DNA from: Ostreococcus lucimarinus
Taxonomy: Eukaryota
Assembly: GCA_000092065.1 (NCBI GenBank)
Contig: CP000595.1
Length of the DNA stretch: 64,000 bases
Direction: 5' to 3' (one strand)
Positions 29,014-38,323 of the stretch are shown here, in pieces. The position numbers and the translations under genes were made by a program. Below the pieces are notes generated by a model, which searched no databases, was not told the DNA's origin, and saw only the letters and a program-made list of their open reading frames with translations. How positions within the stretch are numbered: position 1 is the stretch's first letter; the number at the start of each line of letters is the position of its first letter.

Positions 29014-31620
29014 TTAATCGAGCGCCAATGGAATATCCCCTTCTTGCAACAATCTTCCAATCTGTGCCATCCGATCCCTGTTTGCCTTCTTCTCCGTGGC
29101 CATATCTAAGAGTAAGCTTCGCATCTCGTGCTCGACGTCGTCGACTCGCTCGTACGCTTCGCGCACGATGGCATCGCTTTCCTCTCTGATGGCGATTGCC
29201 CGCGTCTCATACATACTGGCCTTATCCCTCGCGATCGCCAGTTGTTCACTCAGCTCCTCCAATTGGTGCTGCAATTCTTTACTCTTCGCTTTTTCGATAC
29301 TATCACTCGTCTCCAGAGTCTGCGTCAACCGCTTGATCTGGGATTCCATGTGAACAATTATGCGGTCGCGTTCAGCCACGGCATTATTTGCTTTGCTGAT
29401 CGCGTGCTCATACGATGCGTGATCGACCTCGGAGTCCGCGAGAGCATTTTCTAGCTCTGTGATGTTCATTTCCATCGACTCTACCTGTTGGACCAAAGAT
29501 CGACACTCTTCCGACATCGCATTCATCCTTGCTTCCGCCTCCACCATTCTCGCGTCGTGCGTCCTCAACGATTCCGCTTTTTGTTCGCGTAATCGAACAG
29601 CTTCATCCTTCAGAGACTTAATGAGCTGATTCTGGTGCTGAAGCATATCGTTCTTGATCTTTGTGCTCTCATCTGCTGATTCGAGCTTCAATTGAAGAGC
29701 CTCGACGTCCCGGATGAGTCGCTCGGCGAGCTCTTCTCGCTCGCGAGCCTTCTCTTCTCGCGCCGCGGCGGACCTCTCAGCCTTCAACGCCGCGACTTTG
29801 GCGCTCTTGATCGTCGCATGCGTGCTTTCCCTATCTATCACCGCCCCACGGGCGCGCTCGAGCTCTTCTTCCATGAGAACAACCATCTCACGCGTCTTGG
29901 CGTAACCTTCGAGTTGATCGCGTTGACTTTCCACCACTTGCGCCAATTCCTCGTTGAGTGTCTCAGCCTCGGCGCGTTCGGCACACGCGACTCGAAGTAA
30001 TTCTCGCATCTCACTGAGACCCGCTTCTTGGGCAGCAATTTTCTCGTTACTCGCGATCGCGGCTTCTTCGTGCGCATGCTGTTCGCGTTCCATCGACGAA
30101 ATACGCTCCTTCAAGCGCGCGTTCTCCTCGATGGCTTGCGCGTACACCGTCGATTCCTTACGAGCTTCGTTCACGCGATCGTTTAGCAACGCGTTTTGCT
30201 CGTCCATGTACATGGCTTTCAGATTTGCGAGATTCTCCGCAGATTCCGTCCTGACTTCTTGCAATATCGTCTCCAACTCACTGACTCGCAGTTGTGCTGC
30301 TTCCTCGTTTCTCGACGCGCGCTCGATGGCTTGCGAGGCTTTGGTCAACTCTCGGCGGAGAGTTTCGACTTCTTCACGAAGGCGGCGCTCGCTCGCGTCG
30401 TCGATCGTCACGTTAGACATCGCACTCTTCTGCGTCTCTACGTCTTTCATCAAAGGTGCCTCCGTTTGACTCGACTCTTCCCGAACGCGCCTGACGACTT
30501 GCTGATCAAAATCGATGGCTCGCTTCGCCGCATCCCCGTTGACCTGCACGCCGCGCGATTTGACGCTCTCATCGGCGGCTTGGAAGGCTGTTTGTCGTTT
30601 TTCACCCGAACGGTCCCCGCGTTGAGGCGTTCTCGAAAACTGCTCTGCGTGGGGAGGCGTCATGCTGCTTCGTCCGGGAGCCGTCGTCGCAGACGCGTCG
30701 AGAGTCTTTGTCATCGCCTTTGTGCACGTTTCGACGCTTAAAACCACACCATCTAGGTGCGTGAGCCAAGGAACGAGCGATGCCATCGTAATTCTATATG
30801 ACGGCACATCGCACATCCCGTTCGTTTCTTTCCCGATCACCGATCCTTCTTCCATTTTCAACCGAAGCGATTCCAAGCGCGTCAACTCGCTGAGCGCTCG
30901 CGCGGCTTGGAAACTTTCCAACGCGTTCCCTCGCGCGTCGAGCGCGCGAATGCCCCACTCCGCCCCGTCACTCCTCGCAAACCCACTCAAAGACTTGATT
31001 TTATTATTGGAAATGTTCACTCGCTCCAGCGTCGTCGACGCTCGTTCGAATCCCCTCGTCGACTCGAGCGCGTTGCTCGCCAGATTCAGCGTTCGCAGGC
31101 GAGTCAACTTTTCCAACCCTCTCGCCTCCGCGATGGCGTTCGACGACAGATCGAGTTCTTCCAACCGCGTCAACACCGCGAACGCTTCGCAATCCATGCT
31201 CGTTATCTCGCACGCGTGCGCTCGCAGCGCGCGTAAATTTACGAATCTCTCCAGCGATTCGATCCGCTCCGGCGTCCCGAGCGCCGTCCCGTACGTCGCC
31301 AGCTCTCGCACGTCCTCATCCGCCATCGTCGTCGACGGTCTCAGATCGATCGTCCCTCGACCTCCCGCACCGCGCGCGCCCGCGTCTTCTACCTCGCGCC
31401 CCGTCGTCCCTTCCCCCTCCCGCGCGCGCGTCCGCGTCCCGTCCCGCCCCTCGCGCGCGCGTCCCGATAACGAGGCGTCGTCGTCGCCATCGCTCGCGTC
31501 GTCGCCATCGCTCCCTCGGTCCTTCGCCCGCGTCCCGACCGCGACCGCGACCGCGCGCGCGGAGTCCTCTCGATCGAGCGTCGCGCCCTCGCTCGCGCGC
31601 GCCTCCCGCGCGCGCTCCAT
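29014..31620 (-). CDS. Leucine-rich-repeat plus long coiled-coil protein (LRRCC1/centriolin-like, centrosomal type)
   Basis: The N-terminus has SDS22-like LRRs (LEELDLSSNAIAEARGLEKLTRLRTLNLASNALES...). The following roughly 550 aa is heptad-rich coiled coil. Confidence 0.6.
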   Translation of the reverse strand: MERAREARASEGATLDREDSARAVAVAVGTRAKDRGSDGDDASDGDDDASLSGRAREGRDGTRTRAREGEGTTGREVEDAGARGAGGRGTIDLRPSTTMADEDVRELATYGTALGTPERIESLERFVNLRALRAHACEITSMDCEAFAVLTRLEELDLSSNAIAEARGLEKLTRLRTLNLASNALESTRGFERASTTLERVNISNNKIKSLSGFARSDGAEWGIRALDARGNALESFQAARALSELTRLESLRLKMEEGSVIGKETNGMCDVPSYRITMASLVPWLTHLDGVVLSVETCTKAMTKTLDASATTAPGRSSMTPPHAEQFSRTPQRGDRSGEKRQTAFQAADESVKSRGVQVNGDAAKRAIDFDQQVVRRVREESSQTEAPLMKDVETQKSAMSNVTIDDASERRLREEVETLRRELTKASQAIERASRNEEAAQLRVSELETILQEVRTESAENLANLKAMYMDEQNALLNDRVNEARKESTVYAQAIEENARLKERISSMEREQHAHEEAAIASNEKIAAQEAGLSEMRELLRVACAERAEAETLNEELAQVVESQRDQLEGYAKTREMVVLMEEELERARGAVIDRESTHATIKSAKVAALKAERSAAAREEKAREREELAERLIRDVEALQLKLESADESTKIKNDMLQHQNQLIKSLKDEAVRLREQKAESLRTHDARMVEAEARMNAMSEECRSLVQQVESMEMNITELENALADSEVDHASYEHAISKANNAVAERDRIIVHMESQIKRLTQTLETSDSIEKAKSKELQHQLEELSEQLAIARDKASMYETRAIAIREESDAIVREAYERVDDVEHEMRSLLLDMATEKKANRDRMAQIGRLLQEGDIPLALD

Positions 31621-31819
31621 GCGCGCCGGCGCCCGAGCCGTCGCGAAGTCGCGGTCGACGGACAGACATCGCGCGCCGGAGACGCCGGGCGCGTGCCTTG
31701 ATTTTCCGGGTGTGCGGACCCCTCGCGTCGACGGGTCGCGACCCGCGACGGGGGTTCACGGCGCGCGATCGATCGAGATCCGCGAAAAAGGCGACGCTCG
31801 GCGACGCTTGGCATGGCGC

Positions 31820-31875
31820 GTCCGAACGTCCGAACGTCCGAACGTCCGAACGTCCGAACGTCCGAACGTCCGAAC
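31820..31875. repeat. (GTCCGAAC)7 perfect 8-mer array (plus one degenerate copy) in the LRR/TPR divergent intergenic region
   Basis: cgtccgaacgtccgaacgtccgaacgtccgaacgtccgaacgtccgaacgtccgaacgtcgacg. Confidence 0.9.
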
Positions 31876-31925
31876 GTCCGAACGTCGACGCGCGCGCGTC
31901 CGAACGTCGACGCGCGCGCGGCGCG

Positions 31926-32043
31926 ATGCGGGCGCGACGGGCGGCGACGGCGGCGACGACGCGATCGAGGGCGAGACGAGACGAGGACGGACGACGCCTC
32001 GAACGGGCGTCGCGCGTCGCGACGACGACGACGACGACGACGA

Positions 32044-32085
<42 letters not shown>

Positions 32086-33398
32086 GAAGGCGACGGCGCG
32101 CGGAGGCGTCGGGCGGCGCGGTGACGACGGCGCGCGAGGGCGCGCGCGAGGGATGGGGCGCGAACGCGCGGGGGTTCGCGTGCGGCGCGCTGGTCGTCGG
32201 GGCGGCGACGGGGGAGGGGGGGTGCGAGCGGCGCGGGGCGGCGGCGGCGGAGGCGGCGCCGACGTCGAACAAGTCGACGGCGCAGTGGCGAATATACACG
32301 GATATAGGACGAGGATTGGTGCAAGAGGGAAAACTCGACGAAGCGCGACGGTATTTACAGCGCGCGCTGGTGGAGGCGAAGAAAGGGTTCGGCGAGGACG
32401 ACGCGCACGTGGCGGCGGCGCTCAACAACCTCGCCGAGTTGAATAGAATCGAGGCGAGGTGGGAGGATTCGCAAGCGATGTTCGAGGAGGCGCTGGAGAT
32501 ATTGCGACGGAAATACGGAGAAAATCATCCAGCGGTGGGAACGGCGTTACACAATCTCGCGGGGTGTCGACTCGCGCAGGACGACGTCGACGGAGCGTAC
32601 GATTTGTACGCCAAGTCGCTCGCTCGCAAAGAGGCGACGCTCGGGACGAATCATCCAGAGTACGCGACGACGCTCTATCACATGGCCGAGGTGCTGTGTC
32701 GAAGCGATCGTAAAGAAGATGCCATAGTGCTGCTCGAAAGATCGATCAAAGTGAGCGAAGAGATCGGTGCCGCGCACACGGACGCGTGCGCGCGGCGCAT
32801 GAAGCGTCTCGCGCAACTGCTGTGGGAGTGCGAACGATTCGAGGACGCCGAACGCGTTCGGCGCCGTATTTTAAGCACTCTGGAGCACATGAATGGGATA
32901 GATCACGTGAAGATTGCTGGTGCTTGCGAATCGCTCGCTCTCGTGCTCATGAAGCTCGGTCGTCTGGCCGAAGCGACGTCGTTGCTCGAGCGCTCGGCGA
33001 AGATTCTCGCTCGAGTGCGAGGAGACGGCGGCGCGCTCGCGCTCGCCTCGACGCGTCTGCATCTCGCCGAGGCCGCGCAGGGGATGGGAAACGACGACAA
33101 AGCGCTTAAGTTCTGTCGTCTGGCTCTCGAAATACTCTCACCGAGCGCGCTCGACGCGGTTCGTCGAGATGGTTTGCGTCCCGAGATTCGCGTCGGCGTC
33201 GTCGTGCAGCACGCGCGCGCCGCCGCGCTCCTTTGTGAACTCGCCCCTGACGACGCGACGGGGGACGAGCACGCGAGAAACGCCGCTCAAAACTTAGTCG
33301 CGGTGAAAGCGGTGCCCGGAATCGATCGTCGAGTCCTCGACAGCATCGATCGCGCCGAGTTTAATTTAACGCGAGCGAGCCGTCGCGTTCGCCAGTGA
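31926..33398 (+). CDS. TPR-repeat protein (kinesin-light-chain-like TPR_10/12 repeats)
   Basis: Repeated A..NLA.......A..L...AL.I TPR units, for example AALNNLAELNRIEARWEDSQAMFEEALEI and ATTLYHMAEVLCRSDRKEDAIVLLERS. The start is ambiguous: ATGs in the track ORF frame are at 31926 and 32043 (MATTTTTTTT..., encoded by a (GACGAC)n tract). The ORF extends upstream through the 8-mer array. Confidence 0.55.
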
Positions 33399-33470
33399 TT
33401 AGTTCTCTGGTCTCAGAGTTGTATTTCTAAGCGCGCTATTCTAGTCTCTCTATCCACGTCGCCCCATCCC

Positions 33471-33695
33471 TCACGCACTGGCCGCATCTTCGTCCAGTTC
33501 CGGCAAGTCTTCGGGGTCGTAAATCACCAACAACACCAACGAGCACGACGGGCAGTGCGCGACGTCCTCCCCCGCGCGCAATTCCTCGAGCGTGATTTGG
33601 AAAAAGTCCCCGCACGGGCACTGATACGTGTACGCCTTGAGGTCATCGCGCCACTCCATGTCCTCCAGATCGACTTCATCGTACGCCCCGCTCAT
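33471..33695 (-). CDS. DPH3: Diphthamide biosynthesis protein 3 (DPH3/KTI11, CSL zinc finger)
   Basis: The 74-aa sequence MSGAYDEVDLEDMEWRDDLKAYTYQCPCGDFFQITLEELRAGEDVAHCPSCSLVLLVIYDPEDL is a canonical CSL-type zinc finger. It sits at the 3' end of a longer GC-rich track ORF whose upstream part is discounted. Confidence 0.8.
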   Translation of the reverse strand: MSGAYDEVDLEDMEWRDDLKAYTYQCPCGDFFQITLEELRAGEDVAHCPSCSLVLLVIYDPEDLPELDEDAASA

Positions 33696-34470
33696 CGCTC
33701 GCGCGCCGACGCGCGCGTCGTCGCGCGCTCGGTGGTCCGCCGCGTCGCGCACTGCGCCGCCGACGCGTCCTCGCGGCGCCGTTTCCCGGGGCGGGCTGGG
33801 GTTTAGCCAATATTTCGCGAGGAGGGCCACGAGACTCGTATTCGAACACGATTTAAGTCGATTCGAGACACGCATCACGAGACACAAAGCACGACGCACG
33901 CCCACCGTCCTCGAACGCGGTCGCTCGCGACGCGCGCGTCGTCGAGGCCGTCTCTTTCTGACGCGCGTCGTCGGTCGTGTAGTAGGTGCGTCCGTCGAGG
34001 CGACGCGAACGCGCGCGGAACGCATCGATGCCCGCGATCGCGCGTCGGCGCGCGGTCGAGCGCGACGGAGAACGACGGCGCGGACGTCGAGCGCGCGCAT
34101 CGATCGCGGGCGTGACCCTAGGCGGCGTCGCGCGCGATTCGCGGGAAGGCATCGCGCGAGGCGTCGACGAGGGGATCGAGCGATCGATGCGTCGGATGCA
34201 GACGAAATGTTCGCGTCGTGCGCGCGTCGTGTCGCGCGCGCGCGCGGGATGCGCGCGATGAGGCGTCGTGACGCGTGTTCGATCGCGTTCGGAAGCCCTA
34301 AGGCGGGAGGACCGGGCGCGACGCGCGGGCGCGCGGACGAACGCGAGCGTCGCGGGGACGCACGGCGCGAGCGAACGTGGAAAATATAATCACTGTTTGC
34401 GTCCGGCGCGCGAACCTTGGACCTCGAACGATGAAACTGACCAGAACGCCTCCTTCCTACGCGCAGATAG

Positions 34471-34977
34471 ATGGGTAACCAACGCGCCCGATCGCGCGGT
34501 TTGCGCCACGGCACCCGCAACTTGTTCTCCCGTGGTCACCGTGAGCATGGTACTTTGAACACGACGACGTACTTGCGTACGTTCCGTGTCGGTGATTACG
34601 TCGACATTAAGGTGAACTCGGCGCAACAAAAGGGTATGCCGTACTTGCAGTACCAAGGCAAGACGGGCATCGTGTGGAACGTGACGCCGCGAGCTGTGGG
34701 TGTGGAGATTAACAAGACCATCGGTGGTCGCATCGCTCGTAAGCGCATTCACGTGCGCGTTGAGCACGTGCAACACTCCCGATGCCGTGAGGATTTCATC
34801 GCCCGTCGTGCGGCGAACGACAAGGCGCACCACGAAGCGAAGTTGGCTGGAAAGAAGATCGTGACCAAGCGTCCGGTCACTGGCGCGCCGCGCACGGGGT
34901 TTGCGCTCGAGAACGTGAAGTCGGAACTCTTGACTCCGATCCCGTACGATATCTTGCGCGAAGGCATGAAGTACTAA
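34471..34977 (+). CDS. RPL21: 60S ribosomal protein L21e
   Basis: Full-length L21e: ...GTRNLFSRGHREHGT...YLRTFRVGDYVDIKVNSAQQKGMPYLQYQGKTGIVWNVT..INKTIGGRIARKRIHVRVEHVQHS. Single exon, ATG at 34471. Confidence 0.9.
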   Translation: MGNQRARSRGLRHGTRNLFSRGHREHGTLNTTTYLRTFRVGDYVDIKVNSAQQKGMPYLQYQGKTGIVWNVTPRAVGVEINKTIGGRIARKRIHVRVEHVQHSRCREDFIARRAANDKAHHEAKLAGKKIVTKRPVTGAPRTGFALENVKSELLTPIPYDILREGMKY

Positions 34978-35102
34978 ATCTTAGCATACGAATCGGATTG
35001 GGTTTGTAAACTGTAGGTGAGACCTGCTTAAAAATTTCAAAGCTCCCGTCGCGTCGCTTGGCGTCCTCACTATCACGCTCTCGCGCGTCTCAACGCGTCA
35101 CC

Positions 35103-36314
35103 ATGTCGCTTCCTCCCGAATTGCTCGATTTCTGCGTGTGCAAAGGTCCGGGGGACACGATTTCTGAACAGCAGCTCGCCGACGCAGGGGTGAAGCGCGC
35201 CGTCATTCACGGAGACGCGGCGCTGGATACGAAGAATGCGCTCGCAGTCACGTCGTTGTGCAAAGTCAGGTTGAAATGGAAGTTCGACGATGAAGAGTGC
35301 TGGAAACAGGATGAATTCGTCGTGTACGATGGAACAGTACCGAGCGGTGTCGAACTGGCGATCATGAATCTTCACGAGGGCGAAAGTGTCGCCTTCAACG
35401 CGCGCGGCGAAGCGGCGCTGACTGATTTCGAGCCGCTGCCCAAGGCGGACATCTCACAGGTCTTTCGGTCAGGTCAAGCGGAGGTCTTGGATGTCAAACT
35501 CGAGCGTAAGGATAAGTTTGACATGAGCGCGAGCGACAAAATCGCATTCGGCGAAAAAATGAATGAGATTGGCAAGAAGTTGTTCGCGAACGGTCGACTG
35601 GCGCGCGCCGCTGAGGTTTGGAAACGAGCCGCCGAGGTTTTCGCAGTTTTAGAGCCCGAAGACGAGGACGTGAATCCGAACGGGATGAAAAATAACGAGG
35701 CATGTCACGAAGTAGCTCGAAAAGTCTACCTGAATATGGCTCTCGTCATGTACAAACTCGAAAACTTTACTGAATGTGAATTGTATTGCTGCGATGTATT
35801 GGACACTCGCGTCGATGAGCCGACGTACTCCCAAATCAAATCGAAGGCGCTGTTTCGACGAGGTTGCGCTCGACTGAAGCTCAGAAAAGTTTCGCTTGGA
35901 TCTAGAATCACCGCTGACACGGCTGAGGCGGATTTCTTCCTCGCCAGCGAGCTCGATTCTAGCATCGACGTCGCCGCGCATTTCGACGCTTGCACGGAAC
36001 TGCGAGAGCAACTCTTGGCGTCTGGAGTTGAAATCCCGTCCGACGACGTCGAAACGCCGAACGTCGAAGATGAGATGAATCATTACCCTACCGATATCGA
36101 ACACGCTTTGCGCCAAATCCGACGCGAAAATTTACACGACGGGTTGGCGTTCGAACATCCGCAGAAGCGCGCGGCGATTCTTGAAGAGCGCATGCGCGTC
36201 TACAGGCGACTCATGGATGAAACGCCTTGGAGCGCGCTTCGAGGAACGATGTTCGATGCGGACTCTGAAGAGCTGCAAAAAACCGCCACCACTGCGCGCG
36301 AGGTTGATACATGA
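35103..36314 (+). CDS. FKBP-like domain plus TPR co-chaperone-like protein
   Basis: An N-terminal FKBP-type beta-fold (..DEFVVYDGTVPSGVELAIMNLHEGESVAFNARGEAAL) is followed by 3 TPR units (KKLFANGRLARAAEVWKRA..; ARKVYLNMALVMYKLENFTE..; KSKALFRRGCARLKL). The track start 35058 is TTG; ATG at 35103. Confidence 0.5.
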   Translation: MSLPPELLDFCVCKGPGDTISEQQLADAGVKRAVIHGDAALDTKNALAVTSLCKVRLKWKFDDEECWKQDEFVVYDGTVPSGVELAIMNLHEGESVAFNARGEAALTDFEPLPKADISQVFRSGQAEVLDVKLERKDKFDMSASDKIAFGEKMNEIGKKLFANGRLARAAEVWKRAAEVFAVLEPEDEDVNPNGMKNNEACHEVARKVYLNMALVMYKLENFTECELYCCDVLDTRVDEPTYSQIKSKALFRRGCARLKLRKVSLGSRITADTAEADFFLASELDSSIDVAAHFDACTELREQLLASGVEIPSDDVETPNVEDEMNHYPTDIEHALRQIRRENLHDGLAFEHPQKRAAILEERMRVYRRLMDETPWSALRGTMFDADSEELQKTATTAREVDT

Positions 36315-36339
36315 TTTATAACAAACAACAACGACATTA

Positions 36340-37107
36340 TTAACTGTTTCTCATTTTCGAAGCCGCGGCGTCGTCGACGATCCATCGCACGTCCCCGGTG
36401 ACCAAGGCGGCGGGCACGGAGCCATCTTGCGGCGCCTCTTCCAATATTCGAGCCGTCATTTCGGCTTTTCCCGCACCGGAGGCGACAAAAACTTTCGCTC
36501 GAGCGGCGTTCACCAAGGGCAAGGAGAACGTCACGCGTTCCGGCGGCGGTTTCGGCGAGTCGGCGATTGGTAAAATCCATCCCTCGGTCTCGCGCAACAG
36601 CGCGTGGTTTGGAAACAGCGAGCAGATGTGACCGTCGGGCCCGAATCCGAGCAAGAGCATGTCGAACACCGGCAATCCATCTTCGTTCAACTCGATCACG
36701 TCCGGCGTCAGCGCGCGTAAATCTCTCTCGTACGCCTCCGCGCACGGCTTCGCCGCGCCCTCGTTGCGTTCGCACAGCGTCTCGTCGACGGCGTACAACC
36801 GTTCTCGCTTCACGCTCACGTCCCCGAACAGCGCCCGCATCGCGCCTCCAAAATTCGATTCCTCGTCGTCCCACTTCACGCATCGCTCGTCCACCCAAAA
36901 CACTCGCCATTTATCCCACTCCACTCGCCGCGTCTCCTCCCGCAGCGCTCCGAGCGCCTTCGCGAGCGACCCCCCCGCGAGCGCCACCGCGAACGTCCCT
37001 CGCTTCTCGATCGCTTCTCTCGACGCCGTCTCCACCGCGTCCGCCAGCGCCTTCGCGCACGCGTCGTTATCGCGCACGCGTTCCATCGTCACCGAGGTCG
37101 CATCCAT
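36340..37107 (-). CDS. PGL: 6-phosphogluconolactonase
   Basis: GlcN6P-deaminase/6PGL fold: FAVALAGGSLAK..., WDKWRVFWVDER, LLLGFGPDGHICSLFP. ATG at 37107 (MDATSV...). The ORF is open upstream to 37344, with an in-frame ATG at 37230 that would add a 41-aa Arg-rich presequence (possible plastid isoform). Confidence 0.75.
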   Translation of the reverse strand: MDATSVTMERVRDNDACAKALADAVETASREAIEKRGTFAVALAGGSLAKALGALREETRRVEWDKWRVFWVDERCVKWDDEESNFGGAMRALFGDVSVKRERLYAVDETLCERNEGAAKPCAEAYERDLRALTPDVIELNEDGLPVFDMLLLGFGPDGHICSLFPNHALLRETEGWILPIADSPKPPPERVTFSLPLVNAARAKVFVASGAGKAEMTARILEEAPQDGSVPAALVTGDVRWIVDDAAASKMRNS

Positions 37108-37115
37108 CGCGTCCC

Positions 37116-37161
37116 GACGACGATGTCCCGCGCGACGACGATGTCCCGCGCGACGTCCCGG
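37116..37161. repeat. 18-bp unit gacgacgatgtcccgcgc x2.5 in the 6PGL/Cpn10 divergent region
   Basis: gacgacgatgtcccgcgcgacgacgatgtcccgcgcgacgtcccgg. Confidence 0.7.
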
Positions 37162-37365
37162 TCGTCGCTCGAGCGGTCGACGCCGCGCCGCGATCGTCGC
37201 GCGCGAGTCCGACGCCCGCGCGCGTCGCATCGGATCGATCGCGCGCGAACCACCGCGTCGCGCGGTGCGCGCGTCGTCGCTCGCACGGCGCGCATCCATC
37301 GGTCGATGCGATTCGATTCGACGCGACGCGCGCGCGCGCCGCACTCGACGACGCGACGACGGCGG

Positions 37366-37996
37366 ATGGCGACTCGACGCGCGCTCCGACCGCTCATGGA
37401 CCGCGTGCTGGTGGAGCGCATCGCGCCCGCGACGAAATCCGTGGGGGGGGTGCTGCTGCCGGAGAGCATGACGGGGAACACGGTGCGTCGACGACGAGGA
37501 CGAAGGCTCGCGAAGGATGGTCGGCGGCGACGCATGCGCGCACGCATGAATGAATGAATGAATGAATGAATGAATGCGCGCGCGCGCGCGGACATCGACG
37601 ACGGTGGCGGACGAAAAAACAAAGGATGAAAGACTGACGCGGAGAATCGCGCGATGACGACGCGGACGCAGATGAACGAGGCGAAAGTGATCGCCGCGGG
37701 ACCGGGACGAAGAACGATGAGCGGCGAGCTCGTGCCGTTGGGTGCGAGACGCGACGCGCGCGCGCGATGAAACGCGAAACGGACGCGAAACGGGACGAAC
37801 AGACGACGGTGACGACGATGACGACGACGATGACTGACGAAGGAATCGATGACGGTTCGGACGAGGCGCAGAGATTAAGGTCGGGGACGTCGTCGCGCTT
37901 CCGGAATTCGGCGGCGCCGCGGTGAACGCGGGCGACGGCTCGGGGAAGGAGTACTTTATCTATCGCGAAGAAGAGATCGTGGGCGTCGTGGAGTGA
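37366..37996 (+). CDS. HSP10: Chaperonin 10 (GroES/HSP10), 3 exons: join(37366..37482, 37672..37741, 37872..37996), 103 aa
   Basis: Exon 1 is MATRRALRPLMDRVLVERIAPATKSVGGVLLPESMTGNT. Exon 2 is MNEAKVIAAGPGRRTMSGELVPL(E). Exon 3 is IKVGDVVALPEFGGAAVNAGDGSGKEYFIYREEEIVGVVE*. These match Cpn10 consensus (L.PL.DRVLV.R...E..T.GG..LP; AVGPGRR; VKVGD.V.....G.E; EY.I..E.DI..V.E). Donors are gtgcgt and gtgcga; acceptors are acgcag and gcgcag. Exon frames were checked against the antisense track ORF 37394-38074. Confidence 0.7.
37546..37576. repeat. (TGAA)/(AATG) x8 microsatellite inside Cpn10 intron 1
   Basis: atgaatgaatgaatgaatgaatgaatgaatg. Confidence 0.9.
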
Positions 37997-38323
37997 GCGC
38001 ACCGCGCGTGACGCGAATTTAGCATCGATCGACGCGCGCGACGCGTCGTTTAATCCGACATTACGGGCATTCATTCAAAGTCGACGCGCGCGCCTCGCCC
38101 CGGCGGGTTTCGACGCGAGCGACAATCGACGTCGCACAACGCGACTCGCGGGTCGACCGCGCGCGCGATCGCGCGTGATCGCGCGACGGATTCGTTTACA
38201 CGTCACGTCGCGCGCGCGCGAAGCGCACGCGCTCGTACGCGCCGCGAACGCGCGAACGGTGTCGATTCGATTTGAACTCTCGACGCGACGGGATTTTGAC
38301 TTTGAAACGCGCCGACGCGCGCG

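Noticed and set aside
31316-32428. 370-aa and 311-aa minus-strand ORFs full of R/A/V runs across the LRR/TPR intergenic region
   Set aside because: They are low-complexity translations of (GACGAC)n, (GTCCGAAC)n and CG-rich promoter DNA, with no domain signal.
36567-38074. ORFs 36567-37553(+), 36659-37471(+), 37089-37622(-), 37123-37557(+) full length, and 37394-38074(-)
   Set aside because: They are antisense to 6PGL or span Cpn10 introns. Only the Cpn10 exon segments inside them are coding. The 37394-38074 ORF was used solely as a frame anchor.
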